Assembly: GCA_964421595.1 (NCBI GenBank)
Contig: CAYQXY010000014.1
Location: 10,536 to 74,535 of the forward strand
DNA from: an uncultured Bacteroidales bacterium
GTDB taxonomy: Bacteria; Bacteroidota; Bacteroidia; Bacteroidales; PUMT01
Direction: 5' to 3'
DNA length: 64,000 nucleotides
A program made the position numbers and the translations under genes. Below, one piece after another: positions 27,746 through 37,044 of the stretch (position 1 is the first letter of the stretch; each line of letters starts with the position of its first letter). A model generated the notes under the pieces. It was not told the DNA's origin, ran no database searches, and was given only the letters and a program-made list of their open reading frames with translations.

Positions 27746-28738
27746 TCAGCCCCCCTTTTCCAGTTCAGAAAGTTCAAGGTGTATGAATTTCAGATCCTCT
27801 TCAGTAAGTGAAAAACTCAATGCACCGGCATTGTCAGCAACCTGTTCAGGATCCCTTGCTCCTGCAAGCGCACATGTAATGCCAGGTTGCTGGATGGTCC
27901 ATCTCAGAACCAATTGTGAAAGAGTAGCTCCTTTAGATTCAGCAAGAGGTTTTAGTTTATCAAGAAATTTATTTACCCGTTTTATATTCTCCCTTGTAAA
28001 CCAGTATAACCCGGCCCGTGCATCTCCATCCTTAAACTTATGATCTGGACTGAATTTCCCGGTTAGCAGTCCCCGCTGCAAAGGACTATATGCAATTATG
28101 CCCACTTCATTTTCAATACAGTAAGGCACCTCTTCCTTTTCAATGTCCCGGGCCAGCATGCTGTACGGAACCTGGTTTGAGGCAACAACCGTCACATTTC
28201 CGGCAGCTTCCATCAATGGCACATCATAATTTGAAACACCGCCGGCAAGAATCTTGCCCTGCTCAATTAGCTTGTTAAGTGCTTCCATTGTTTCCTCTAC
28301 AGGAGTTGTGGGGTCGGGCCAGTGCAGCTGAAAAAGATCGAGATGATCGGTGCCGAGTCGTCGCAGACAGTTTTCACACTCTTCGATAACCGAATCGGCT
28401 GATGCATACGAATAGAGATCAATATCACCTCCCTGGTTATCTTTGGTGGCCATAAAATACTTTCCTCTTGTTTTATCCCATCTGAGCCCGAATTTGGTAA
28501 GCAATTGCACCTTATCCCTCATTCCTTTGATGGCCTCACCGGTAATCTCCTCGCTGAGGCCGAATCCATATGCCGGAGCAGTGTCAATTGAAGTGATTCC
28601 CAGCTCAATAGATTTTCTAATAGCCCTGATCGCACTGTTCCGGTCGGCTCCGCCCCACATCCAGCCACCAATAGCCCAGGCTCCGAATGCAACCGGGGTA
28701 ACATTTACATTACTTTTTCCTAATTTTCTTAGTTCCAT
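27746..28738 (-). CDS. Aldo/keto reductase
   Basis: 330 aa. LGKSNVNVTPVAFGAWAIGGWMWGG, IDTAPAYG and LDLFQLHWPD are typical AKR blocks. Confidence 0.9.
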   Translation of the reverse strand: MELRKLGKSNVNVTPVAFGAWAIGGWMWGGADRNSAIRAIRKSIELGITSIDTAPAYGFGLSEEITGEAIKGMRDKVQLLTKFGLRWDKTRGKYFMATKDNQGGDIDLYSYASADSVIEECENCLRRLGTDHLDLFQLHWPDPTTPVEETMEALNKLIEQGKILAGGVSNYDVPLMEAAGNVTVVASNQVPYSMLARDIEKEEVPYCIENEVGIIAYSPLQRGLLTGKFSPDHKFKDGDARAGLYWFTRENIKRVNKFLDKLKPLAESKGATLSQLVLRWTIQQPGITCALAGARDPEQVADNAGALSFSLTEEDLKFIHLELSELEKGG

Positions 28739-28908
28739 AGCAAATTATTTTTTGATTCTTTGAATGAAATCATGCAGTATCTACAAAAATAACAGAAATC
28801 CTGTCACGGGTTACTATATTATTGAACTAAATTAAAGTACAGTTACTCTGTAAACTGCTGAAGGTTCATTCAAATCAGGGCTGAGTTGTAATTTAAAACA
28901 ATACAGGT

Positions 28909-28938
28909 GATTCCGGAAATACTTCCAGTTTTCCGGAA
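28909..28938 (-). terminator. Strong hairpin (10-bp perfect stem) between the E1 gene and the AKR gene; possible operon terminator or attenuator
   Basis: ATTCCGGAAA (28909-28918) pairs with TTTCCGGAAT (28929-28938) around a 10-nt loop. On the minus strand it is followed by CACCTGTATTGTTTTAAATT, which is U-rich but not a clean U-tract. Confidence 0.35.
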
Positions 28939-29088
28939 TCCCGGTTTCCCGTCTGTCAAAGTGCAAGACTGTTAAACCCTCTTTGTACACAACAGTTATC
29001 CCTCTTATTGCACCTGTAAATCCCTCCTGGCGCATGCCTGTCTGAACCTGTTGACACTTGCCTGTTAATCATTCCTGGCGCAATACTT

Positions 29089-31557
29089 TTAAACCCCCTC
29101 CCGGCTCCTTTTTAATATAGTTTCATCGCTGAAATCCTCAGACACCTTGTGTCCGTCCAAAGGAAGTATGCGTTGATGAATGGCATCTATTATCCAGTCA
29201 ACCTGAGGGAAGAAATAATTTTCGAGCTCATGAGCAGGCACTATCCAGTTCCTTGATCCAACAACCACAGGAGGAGCATCGAGGTGATCAAAAGCAAGGT
29301 CGGTTATTTTCTGCGCCATGTCATTAAGGAACGATCCCCTTGAACTTGCATCTCCGGTAATAAGTATCCTGTTCGTTTTTTTGACTGAATTTATTACAAG
29401 CTCATAATTGAACGGTACCAGGCTCCTTGCATCTATTATCTCGGCCGATAATCCATATTTGTCTTCCAGTATTTTAGCAGCATCAATCGCCCTGTACAAT
29501 GTGGCTCCAACGGTAAGAATTGTAATATCACTACCCTTTCGTTTAATATCAGGCTCACCCAGAGGAATTTCATAATAGCCTTCAGGTACACCCCCATCAT
29601 GGAAATGCTCACCAATATCATAAATTCGCTGGCTTTCGAAATAAATTACAGGATCAGTACCCTGCAGGGCTGAATTCATCAGTCCCTTTGCATCATAAGG
29701 TGTTGCCGGAAAGACAACCTTCAGTCCGGGAATATGTGCCACCAGTGAAGTCCAGTCCTGTGAATGCTGGGCACCATATTTTGAACCTACAGAAACCCTT
29801 ATCACAACAGGCATCTTAATGATATTTCCACTCATAGCCTGCCACTTGGGCAACTGGTTGAATACCTCATCACCCGAGCGGCCAAGGAAATCACAATACA
29901 TTATCTCTGCAATCACCCTTCCACCAGCCATGCCATAACCAATTGCAGTTCCTACTATAGCACCTTCAGAGATCGGCGAATTGAACAGCCTGTTATATGG
30001 AAGCGCCTCTGTGAGTCCGCGATAAACAGCAAAAGCCCCGCCCCAGTCACGGTTTTCCTCACCATATGCAACCAGTGTGGGATCTTTATAGAATCTGTCT
30101 ATAACTGCTTCAAAGATGCCGTCCCTTAGCTGGTATTGTTTGAGTTTGGAAAAAGGTTTTCCATCCTTATCCAGGGCAAATCGCTCTTTTTTCATTATTT
30201 GCTGGACCCGTGGATTCTCCTCCATCGGAATAAGTGTCTCTACCTCCCTGTCTTCCATTTTATCGACCGATCCTTCCGAGAATATCATCCGGCCTATTAA
30301 TTCAGGATCAGCCTTTAAGTTCATAAGCGGAGAGACTTTTTCATCAATAGACAGTTTCATTGCCTTAACTACCAGTCCCTGAGTTTTCTCCTGTATTTTC
30401 GCAATGACATCTTCACTCACCACACCTTTAGCAAGCAGGCCTTTTCCAAATCCTTTGACAGAATCGCACATCATCCAGGCTTCAAGTTCCTCCTTAGACC
30501 TGTATGAAGATGCATCTGATGGAGAATGTCCCGAATAGCGGTAAGTCAGCGTATCAAGCAATACCGGCCCCTTCTTGTCTTCCAGTATTTTTTTCTTCCT
30601 CCTGAAGGCATCGATAACAGCAAGGGGATTATAACCATCTACCCTTTCGGCATGCATCATTTCGGGATTAACACCTGCACCGACCCTTGCAAGAATATCA
30701 TATCCCATGGTTTCGCCCTGGGTCTGCCCTCCCATGCCGTACTGGTTATTCATAAAGTTGAAAATAACCGGTAATCCCCCGTTATATGCACCCTCCCACA
30801 AAGTCCTGAACTGATCCATTGCAGCAAATGTAATGCCTTCCCAGACGGGTCCGCATCCCATAGATGCATCGCCAATATTTGCCACAACTATTCCGGGCTT
30901 ATGATTAACCCTTTTATAGAGTGCAGCCCCTACGGAAATATCGCCCGAACCACCAACAATTGCATTGTTGGGATAAACACCGAACGGAGTGAAAAATGCA
31001 TGCATTGAACCTCCAAGGCCCTTATTGAAGCCGGTTTCTCTGGCAAATATCTCAGCCAGGGTACCATAGAGCAGAAAATCAACAGCCAGGTCCTTGACTG
31101 ATCCGTCAAACCCTTTTTCAACTACCCTGAGAGCAGAACCATCAAAATGAGATTTCATAATCTTCATCAGCTGGTCATCATCCAGCTGATGAATTGCTGA
31201 AAGTCCCTTTGCCAGGATCTCACCGTGACTCCTGTGGGAACCAAATATATAATCATCCACCGTAAGGTTATAAGCCATTCCAACAGCAGCTGCTTCCTGT
31301 CCGATTGAAAGATGTGCGGGTCCGGGATGATTGTAGCTTATCCCTTTGTATTCATTTTTTGTCTTTATCTCATGAAGCATACTTTCAAACTCCCTGATAA
31401 TATACATATCACGGTAAATCCTGATAAGATCCTCGTCTGAAAAGACTTTCCTCTCCTCATCGAGGGACTTGTTGTAGGCGTTTACAGGTATTGTGCCGAA
31501 TTTGATTTTATTGGCTTTCCTGACTTCTTTTGGATCAATAAACTGATTTTTTGGCAT
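29089..31557 (-). CDS. Fused E1 alpha-beta component of a 2-oxoacid (acetoin/branched-chain type) dehydrogenase complex, TPP-dependent
   Basis: 822 aa. The N-terminal half carries the E1-alpha TPP motif ([14 protein letters not shown]...[11 protein letters not shown]). The C-terminal half has E1-beta Pyr and C-terminal domains ([37 protein letters not shown]). Confidence 0.88.
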   Translation of the reverse strand: MPKNQFIDPKEVRKANKIKFGTIPVNAYNKSLDEERKVFSDEDLIRIYRDMYIIREFESMLHEIKTKNEYKGISYNHPGPAHLSIGQEAAAVGMAYNLTVDDYIFGSHRSHGEILAKGLSAIHQLDDDQLMKIMKSHFDGSALRVVEKGFDGSVKDLAVDFLLYGTLAEIFARETGFNKGLGGSMHAFFTPFGVYPNNAIVGGSGDISVGAALYKRVNHKPGIVVANIGDASMGCGPVWEGITFAAMDQFRTLWEGAYNGGLPVIFNFMNNQYGMGGQTQGETMGYDILARVGAGVNPEMMHAERVDGYNPLAVIDAFRRKKKILEDKKGPVLLDTLTYRYSGHSPSDASSYRSKEELEAWMMCDSVKGFGKGLLAKGVVSEDVIAKIQEKTQGLVVKAMKLSIDEKVSPLMNLKADPELIGRMIFSEGSVDKMEDREVETLIPMEENPRVQQIMKKERFALDKDGKPFSKLKQYQLRDGIFEAVIDRFYKDPTLVAYGEENRDWGGAFAVYRGLTEALPYNRLFNSPISEGAIVGTAIGYGMAGGRVIAEIMYCDFLGRSGDEVFNQLPKWQAMSGNIIKMPVVIRVSVGSKYGAQHSQDWTSLVAHIPGLKVVFPATPYDAKGLMNSALQGTDPVIYFESQRIYDIGEHFHDGGVPEGYYEIPLGEPDIKRKGSDITILTVGATLYRAIDAAKILEDKYGLSAEIIDARSLVPFNYELVINSVKKTNRILITGDASSRGSFLNDMAQKITDLAFDHLDAPPVVVGSRNWIVPAHELENYFFPQVDWIIDAIHQRILPLDGHKVSEDFSDETILKRSREGV

Positions 31558-31691
31558 AATGAATTGGTCTTATACTCTGTTTGTTTAATCTAACTCTGTT
31601 AATTGCTGCTGCAAACATCAGACGGCATATGCCATAATTTTCCCCGTAAAGGGTTATGACAATAAACCGTTGCGGAAATGCAGGCATTCAT

Positions 31692-33059
31692 TTATTTATA
31701 AATGTTTATATTTTCAATTTCCTTTTTAATCTCACCAAGGAATAGCGATGCAGGAGCACCGTCTACCGCCCTGTGATCGTATGTAAGAGAAAGGCCGATT
31801 ACCGGAATAAACCCGATCACTCCATCTCCCATGTCAGCAGGCCTGTATGTAATATTATTAACTCCAAGGATACCTGTTTGCGGCAGGTTCAGAACAGGAG
31901 TGAACAGCTCCACTCCATATGCTCCCAGATTGGAAATGGTAAAACCCGCAGATTCACTGTTTAACAGCTCCGGATCAATATTTCCTTTTTTACAACTCTC
32001 AGCCAGCTCTTTCAGTTTCCGTGATAGTCCCCCGGCATTCAATTCATCCGCATCCCTCAGGGCCGGCACCATCAGTCCCCGTTCAGTATCTACAGCAATA
32101 CCGAGGTGCACTTTATTAAATACCCTCAATTCATTCCCAAGAAAATGGGCATTCATCGAAGGATGCTTTTTGAGAGCCTTTATTACCGCCAGGCATACCA
32201 TGTCATTTATACTTATATCTATATGGCCGGCTTTCCCCTTTTCAGCTTTGATCTCTTTTCTCCAGGCCAGCAACTTACGGGCATCTGCACTCATGTGGTG
32301 TGTAAGCTGGGCAGAGTTTTGCAGTGACTGGTGCATTTTTGCGGCAATGATGCGGCGCATATTTGATAACTTCACCAGGTTAAAATCGTTTCCCTGACCC
32401 GAAAGGCGGCTACCTGAAACAGAACTTTTGTATGTCACCTCCTCTTCAGTCCTGACTTTATCCGGAGCTGGCGCAGATTTAACTCCGGCATCAATCTTTG
32501 CTGCCGCTTTCTTAATATCACGTTCAATTATTCTTCCTTTTGGCCCTGTTCCATTTAATGCAGACAGGGGTATATTCAGTTCACGGGCCATCTTGCGGGC
32601 AAGTGGAGAAACACGTAATTTTTCTCCTGAACCGGTAACTACTTTATATTCCGGAGGAGAATCCTCCGATGAAGACTCTTCGATTTCTGTTCCGGTCTCA
32701 ATACCGGTTTCTGTTCCCTTGCGGACTGATCCGGATGCTGAATGCTCTTCAGGAGAGTCAGAGGGTTCATTGCCGGAAACTGCACTTTTGTCAACGGGAA
32801 CAATTGAAGCATAATTATCACCCGGATTCCCGATAACTGCAACAGTTTCGAGAACGGGAACTTCATCACCTTCTGCAAAGAAAACATCAAGCAGGATACC
32901 ATCCTCATTTGCCTCCTGATCAAATGCAGCTTTGTCTGTTTCATATGAAAAAAGGATGTCTCCTTTATTCACCTTGTCTCCTTTTGATTTATACCACCCT
33001 GTAATGAAACAGGTTTCTACGCTTTGACCCTGTCTGGGCATAATAACGGGAACAGCCAT
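31692..33059 (-). CDS. Dihydrolipoamide acyltransferase (E2)
   Basis: 455 aa. It has a lipoyl domain (ETDKAAFDQEA), a flexible S/E/P linker, a subunit-binding domain (VSPLARKMARELNIPLSALNGTGPKGRI) and the catalytic DHRAVDGA block. Confidence 0.9.
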   Translation of the reverse strand: MAVPVIMPRQGQSVETCFITGWYKSKGDKVNKGDILFSYETDKAAFDQEANEDGILLDVFFAEGDEVPVLETVAVIGNPGDNYASIVPVDKSAVSGNEPSDSPEEHSASGSVRKGTETGIETGTEIEESSSEDSPPEYKVVTGSGEKLRVSPLARKMARELNIPLSALNGTGPKGRIIERDIKKAAAKIDAGVKSAPAPDKVRTEEEVTYKSSVSGSRLSGQGNDFNLVKLSNMRRIIAAKMHQSLQNSAQLTHHMSADARKLLAWRKEIKAEKGKAGHIDISINDMVCLAVIKALKKHPSMNAHFLGNELRVFNKVHLGIAVDTERGLMVPALRDADELNAGGLSRKLKELAESCKKGNIDPELLNSESAGFTISNLGAYGVELFTPVLNLPQTGILGVNNITYRPADMGDGVIGFIPVIGLSLTYDHRAVDGAPASLFLGEIKKEIENINIYK

Positions 33060-33071
33060 AATATTATATTT

Positions 33072-33089
33072 AACTTGTATACATATGTT
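33072..33089. promoter_or_regulatory. Candidate GntR/HutC operator, site A (imperfect)
   Basis: AACTTGTATACATATGTT. It shares the left half-site AACTTGTA with site B and contains the 8-bp palindrome TGTATACA. It lies in the predicted 5' leader of the E2 gene. Confidence 0.4.
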
Positions 33090-33139
33090 ATTGATTCAGA
33101 TTTTCAGTATATTAAAAACTTCCTATATTACTGATCATA

Positions 33140-33147
33140 CAAATATA
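33140..33147 (-). promoter_or_regulatory. Candidate Bacteroidota -7 promoter box for the E2/E1 operon
   Basis: The minus strand reads TATATTTG, matching the TAnnTTTG consensus. It sits between operator sites A and B, about 80 nt upstream of the E2 ATG. Confidence 0.35.
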
Positions 33148-33155
33148 TCTATTTC

Positions 33156-33173
33156 AACTTGTAATTACAAGTT
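33156..33173. promoter_or_regulatory. Candidate GntR/HutC operator, site B (18-bp perfect palindrome)
   Basis: AACTTGTAATTACAAGTT is a perfect 9+9 inverted repeat with a GT...AC core, as seen in GntR-family operators. It sits in the divergent region between E2 (33059) and the GntR gene (33219). Confidence 0.55.
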
Positions 33174-33218
33174 AATTTACATATATTTACAATTCATTCT
33201 ATAACATGGTCATTTAAA

Positions 33219-33929
33219 GTGGATAAAAATCTTCCTCAACATCGGCGACTCTATGAAATGTTACGACGGCATATTCATGATGGAGTGTATAACGAAGGTG
33301 ATCTTTTACCATCTGAAAATGACCTGTGCAGTGTTTACCACCTGACCAGACCAACGGTGCGGCAGGCACTCTCGGCCCTTGTACAGGACGGGTATATAGA
33401 AAAGCAACAGGGAAAAGGAAGCATAGTAAGGAAAATGCCCCAGGGAATAGGTATTTTATCAGTTTCAGGCACAACAACTGCTTTAAAAAACAAAAATCTC
33501 AAAACAGAAATTATCGACAGGCCAAAAATCATTTCATGGCCTGAGAAATTCTTTTTTGGATTATCTGAACTTGAAATTGAATCGGGGTGCATATATATGA
33601 CAAGACTAAGACTACTTGATGACAATCCGATATTCTATGATATCAGTTATATTCCCGCCATTAACCTTCCAAGGTTTACATCAAGGAACTTTACAAACCG
33701 ATCCTTATTTGATATAATGCGTGAGTCATTCCAGGTAGAGATAAAAGGCGGCGAGCAGCGCATAAAAGCTATTGAAGCAGACCTTCAGAAAGGCGATTTC
33801 CTGAATGTCACGCCTGGCCATCCTATCCTCCATATGGAAAGAAAAATGACTACCAACCGACAGGAACTCAATATATACTCTTCAATATATTGCAATACGA
33901 CAGAACATTCAATTTACGGAACCTTCTGA
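33219..33929 (+). CDS. GntR family transcriptional regulator, HutC/UTRA subfamily
   Basis: 236 aa with a GTG start. The wHTH is LPSENDLCSVYHLTRPTVRQALSALVQDGYIEKQQGKGSIV. The C-terminal domain of about 150 aa is UTRA-like. Confidence 0.88.
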   Translation: MDKNLPQHRRLYEMLRRHIHDGVYNEGDLLPSENDLCSVYHLTRPTVRQALSALVQDGYIEKQQGKGSIVRKMPQGIGILSVSGTTTALKNKNLKTEIIDRPKIISWPEKFFFGLSELEIESGCIYMTRLRLLDDNPIFYDISYIPAINLPRFTSRNFTNRSLFDIMRESFQVEIKGGEQRIKAIEADLQKGDFLNVTPGHPILHMERKMTTNRQELNIYSSIYCNTTEHSIYGTF

Positions 33930-34102
33930 ATCCTTCCGCTTTTTATCTGAAAAATCACTATTTCAGTTTGCAAAATGAATTTGAACTGACGATATGATAA
34001 ATTCCTTTTTCACAAAACCCGGGAAAATATACAAATTCTTTCGTCAGCACCTGAACACTTAAGTATTGCGGAACAGAAAAACATAATAAAAGATATTAAC
34101 CA

Positions 34103-36244
34103 CTAAAAATCCCGGGTCAGATTTTCCCACCTTACATTCCATTTCCCATTGTCAGGGAAGCCTGGGTTTTTCTCTTCATAACCTTCCCATCCGGCACACA
34201 TCAGGGCTATGGCCTTCAAAAAGCCGCCATTGCCGGGCATGTAAATACGCAGTCTCTGATCCTGGTAGTTGTGCCCGTTCAAGAGGTAGGTATTCTTTTG
34301 AACGTCTTTGAGCAGGCTTTCAATAGCTATTTCGGGTTCCAGCAAACGGGTGGCGCACATTGCCACCATGGGATAATCCCACCCCCAGGTTACCGGCCAG
34401 TCCCATCTCTCCATTATGATCCTGAGAGTGTTTCTCATTGTTTCATTGTCAATTTTTTCCCACCCGGGAAGCATGCCAAGGCTACCTAATACCATAGGGT
34501 GATCACGCATATTGGAAGGGTCTGTATATGAATCTGATGCGTTGCCTGTCCCCATATACAAACCGTCAACAGCAAATGGTCCGGGCAGCTTTGAGCGTAC
34601 ATCCTCCCATTTGGGAACAGTTTCCTGTCCCATGCGCTCCTTCCATTGAAGCGCAGTCGTCAATCCCCAATACCAGTAGGCAAGTTCGAAGGGAGGATTG
34701 ACAGTTGTTTCCCGGTTCCAGTGTTCCTGTGCGGGAATAAGCGGAGGCATCAGGTTATATACATCATTCTCCGGATCGTATACAGGAAAGTCGGCCATAA
34801 ATTCTGCCGTCGCGAATACAAGGTCGGCATACTCATTCAGCACTTCAACCGATCTATCGGAGCGGTACAGCTGTTCTACAAGATATATGAAATGTGGCTG
34901 CTGCCATATTAGGTATGTACCCACCGATGACGGACTGTCCTGTCCGTCCGGACCAACCATTTTAGGCCATCGGACACCTTCATACCCCTGAAGTCTTGCT
35001 GTCTCCAGGGCCTGTGGATATATATCACGGTAATATTGTAATTGACCTGCCATATAACGGGTTCGTTGCCAGTTATAAAAATGCGCACTGTGCCACCATA
35101 TCATCTCAAGATGGAATTTACCAAACCAGCTGTTGAAGGTCAGTCCTGTTTCCTGTGGCGGAAGGTTTCCGGAACCCTGAATTTTAGTAAGATACTGTGA
35201 GAGAACTGTTCTGCGCTCAAGTTCCTCAGCACGGGGATCAGTGCAGTCAGAAAAATCAACGGCGCCTCCGGATTTCCAGAAACTTTCCCAGTGAATCTCA
35301 TTATTATGCATTGTTTCTTCAAAATCAGGGAGAGCTTCATCATTATGACTGGCCGAGAAAAGGCAGCTGAACTCAAGTATTCCGGTATCGGTGGATGGCT
35401 TTATGTGAAAACGATGCCTGTCTGCCTCTGATATCCGGGCACCCTGGCTCCATTCCAGGCTGGCAAAATAGCTGTCGTTATCAATTTCACGGGATATCAG
35501 TGCGCTTCTGCTGCCTGTGTTCACAAGTGTGGATTTATGTTTACCGGGCTGATCCAGATCGTAACCCGGATGGGTATGTACTGCCCGGCCATAGGAAAAC
35601 AGCAGTTCGACCGACAGGCGTCCCAGGTCTATGAGCGGTGAACTGATTCGGGCTGCTATCATATCCTTTTCCTGATGAACAAAGACAAGTACCGAGACCG
35701 GCACTCCTTCCACCATGAATTCACTGGAGATTTCTCCCCTCCATAAATCCAGTCTGTGACGGGGTTGTTGAATGTCGTCTATAATAACCTCTTCACCATT
35801 CTCCTTGCAGATCAGCAACCGGATCAACCCCAGATGCAATCTATGCGGATTCTCACGGAAATAGTTTACAGCCTCCGCCGCACGCGCTGAAGTTCTCAAC
35901 TGATCCCTGTACGGTACCTGGCGCCCTTCTACTTCATAATGATTCCAGGTCTCCTGTATTTCATAGTTTCCGGTATTGGGAAGGGTATGCCAGCCCCAGT
36001 TGGACTGTGTTCCAAGAGAAACACCATTTTCATATTCCCTGAAAAAGGTTTGCAGTCCGGTAAAATCGGTTGTAAAGGCAAAATTGCCGTTCCCTGCAGA
36101 AAGAGAGGCAAGAGTATCAAATTTCTCCACTACAATATTGTGGCGGTTCACAAGCGCATGCCGGTCAATCTTGTCCATTTGATTTTCAGCACAGGAAAAT
36201 AACATAATTATCGACAGGCAAATTCCAGGTATTGTCAAATTCAT
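34103..36244 (-). CDS. Lipoprotein, putative glycoside hydrolase with GH65/GH95-like architecture (family not assignable by eye)
   Basis: 713 aa with a lipobox (SIIMLFSC). An N-terminal beta-sandwich-like region (LDLWRGEISSEFMVEGVPVSVLVFVHQ) is followed by a Trp/His-rich helical region (FHLEMIWWHSAHFYNW, LIWQQPHFIY), suggesting an (alpha/alpha)6 barrel. Confidence 0.4.
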   Translation of the reverse strand: MNLTIPGICLSIIMLFSCAENQMDKIDRHALVNRHNIVVEKFDTLASLSAGNGNFAFTTDFTGLQTFFREYENGVSLGTQSNWGWHTLPNTGNYEIQETWNHYEVEGRQVPYRDQLRTSARAAEAVNYFRENPHRLHLGLIRLLICKENGEEVIIDDIQQPRHRLDLWRGEISSEFMVEGVPVSVLVFVHQEKDMIAARISSPLIDLGRLSVELLFSYGRAVHTHPGYDLDQPGKHKSTLVNTGSRSALISREIDNDSYFASLEWSQGARISEADRHRFHIKPSTDTGILEFSCLFSASHNDEALPDFEETMHNNEIHWESFWKSGGAVDFSDCTDPRAEELERRTVLSQYLTKIQGSGNLPPQETGLTFNSWFGKFHLEMIWWHSAHFYNWQRTRYMAGQLQYYRDIYPQALETARLQGYEGVRWPKMVGPDGQDSPSSVGTYLIWQQPHFIYLVEQLYRSDRSVEVLNEYADLVFATAEFMADFPVYDPENDVYNLMPPLIPAQEHWNRETTVNPPFELAYWYWGLTTALQWKERMGQETVPKWEDVRSKLPGPFAVDGLYMGTGNASDSYTDPSNMRDHPMVLGSLGMLPGWEKIDNETMRNTLRIIMERWDWPVTWGWDYPMVAMCATRLLEPEIAIESLLKDVQKNTYLLNGHNYQDQRLRIYMPGNGGFLKAIALMCAGWEGYEEKNPGFPDNGKWNVRWENLTRDF

Positions 36245-36463
36245 AATTTTAATTTTGGTTTAATGCTCCCGGGGTTTCCATTTTTGCAGGTGTCTGCTAT
36301 CGCTATCAGGTATGTACAGGTCATGACCGGATATTACCACAGTCTTCCTTACAAACCTAACCTTAAGATCTATAAAAATCAATATAAGGTATAAATAATT
36401 GATGTATAAAATGACTTATATATGCTACCATATTATTTAAATCTTTACCTGTTATCTGAAATT

Positions 36464-36493
36464 AAAAACCTGCCACGGACAAGTCCGGGCAGG
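36464..36493 (-). terminator. Rho-independent terminator of the hydrogenase operon
   Basis: The minus strand reads CCTGCCCGGACTTGTCCGTGGCAGG, a GC-rich interrupted stem, followed by TTTTTAATTT. It starts 27 nt after the hydC stop. Confidence 0.75.
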
Positions 36494-36519
36494 CTCTGGA
36501 GTTAATTGAAAGGCAAAGG

Positions 36520-37008
36520 TTACTTATCTTCGTATTCCTTTAAGATCTTCTTTACACCATCAGGGGCAACACGGCCATAGGTCTTGTCGCCAACCAGCAC
36601 CACGGGAGCCAGTCCGCACGCACCCACACAGCGCAGTCCGGCTATTGAGAACTTGCCGTCAGCAGTTGTCTCGCCGACAGGCACCTTCAGCAGACGCTTA
36701 ACCTCATCAAGCACCTTTTCGGCACCACGCACATAACACGCTGTTCCTGTGCATACCGAAATCGGGAACCTCCCGCGGGGAACCATTGTGAAAAACGAGT
36801 AGAAAGTCACTACACCGTATACTTTTGCTACAGAAACATTAAGTTCCCTGGCAACTACTTCCTGAACTTCAGCCGGCAGGTATCCAAAAATGCTTTGGGC
36901 CTTATGAAGCACATTTATAAGTTCACCTGCCTCGTTATTGAAAGATTTGCAAACTTCCTTCAATTGCCGAAGGTCATTTTCTTTGAGTCTTATTTTAATT
37001 GCTGACAT
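36520..37008 (-). CDS. hydC: [FeFe]-hydrogenase NuoE-like [2Fe-2S] subunit (HydC/HndA)
   Basis: 162 aa. It has the thioredoxin-like 2Fe-2S cysteine pattern (SVCTGTAC...LRCVGACGLAP) and a NuoE-type N-terminus (LINVLHKAQSIFGYLP). Confidence 0.88.
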   Translation of the reverse strand: MSAIKIRLKENDLRQLKEVCKSFNNEAGELINVLHKAQSIFGYLPAEVQEVVARELNVSVAKVYGVVTFYSFFTMVPRGRFPISVCTGTACYVRGAEKVLDEVKRLLKVPVGETTADGKFSIAGLRCVGACGLAPVVLVGDKTYGRVAPDGVKKILKEYEDK

Positions 37009-37044
37009 TTATTCCTGTCCTCCTTTTTTTTAATTGAATTAGTT

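Noticed and set aside
28832-29035. 67-aa minus-strand ORF between the E1 and AKR genes
   Set aside because: It has no motif and no obvious start context, and it contains the 10-bp-stem hairpin at 28909-28938. The region is more likely a non-coding terminator or regulatory spacer. Coding cannot be excluded without conservation data.
31831-32397. 188-aa plus-strand ORF (and 32428..32814, 128 aa)
   Set aside because: Both are antisense to the E2 acyltransferase gene. They are Ser/Pro/Phe-rich shadow frames.
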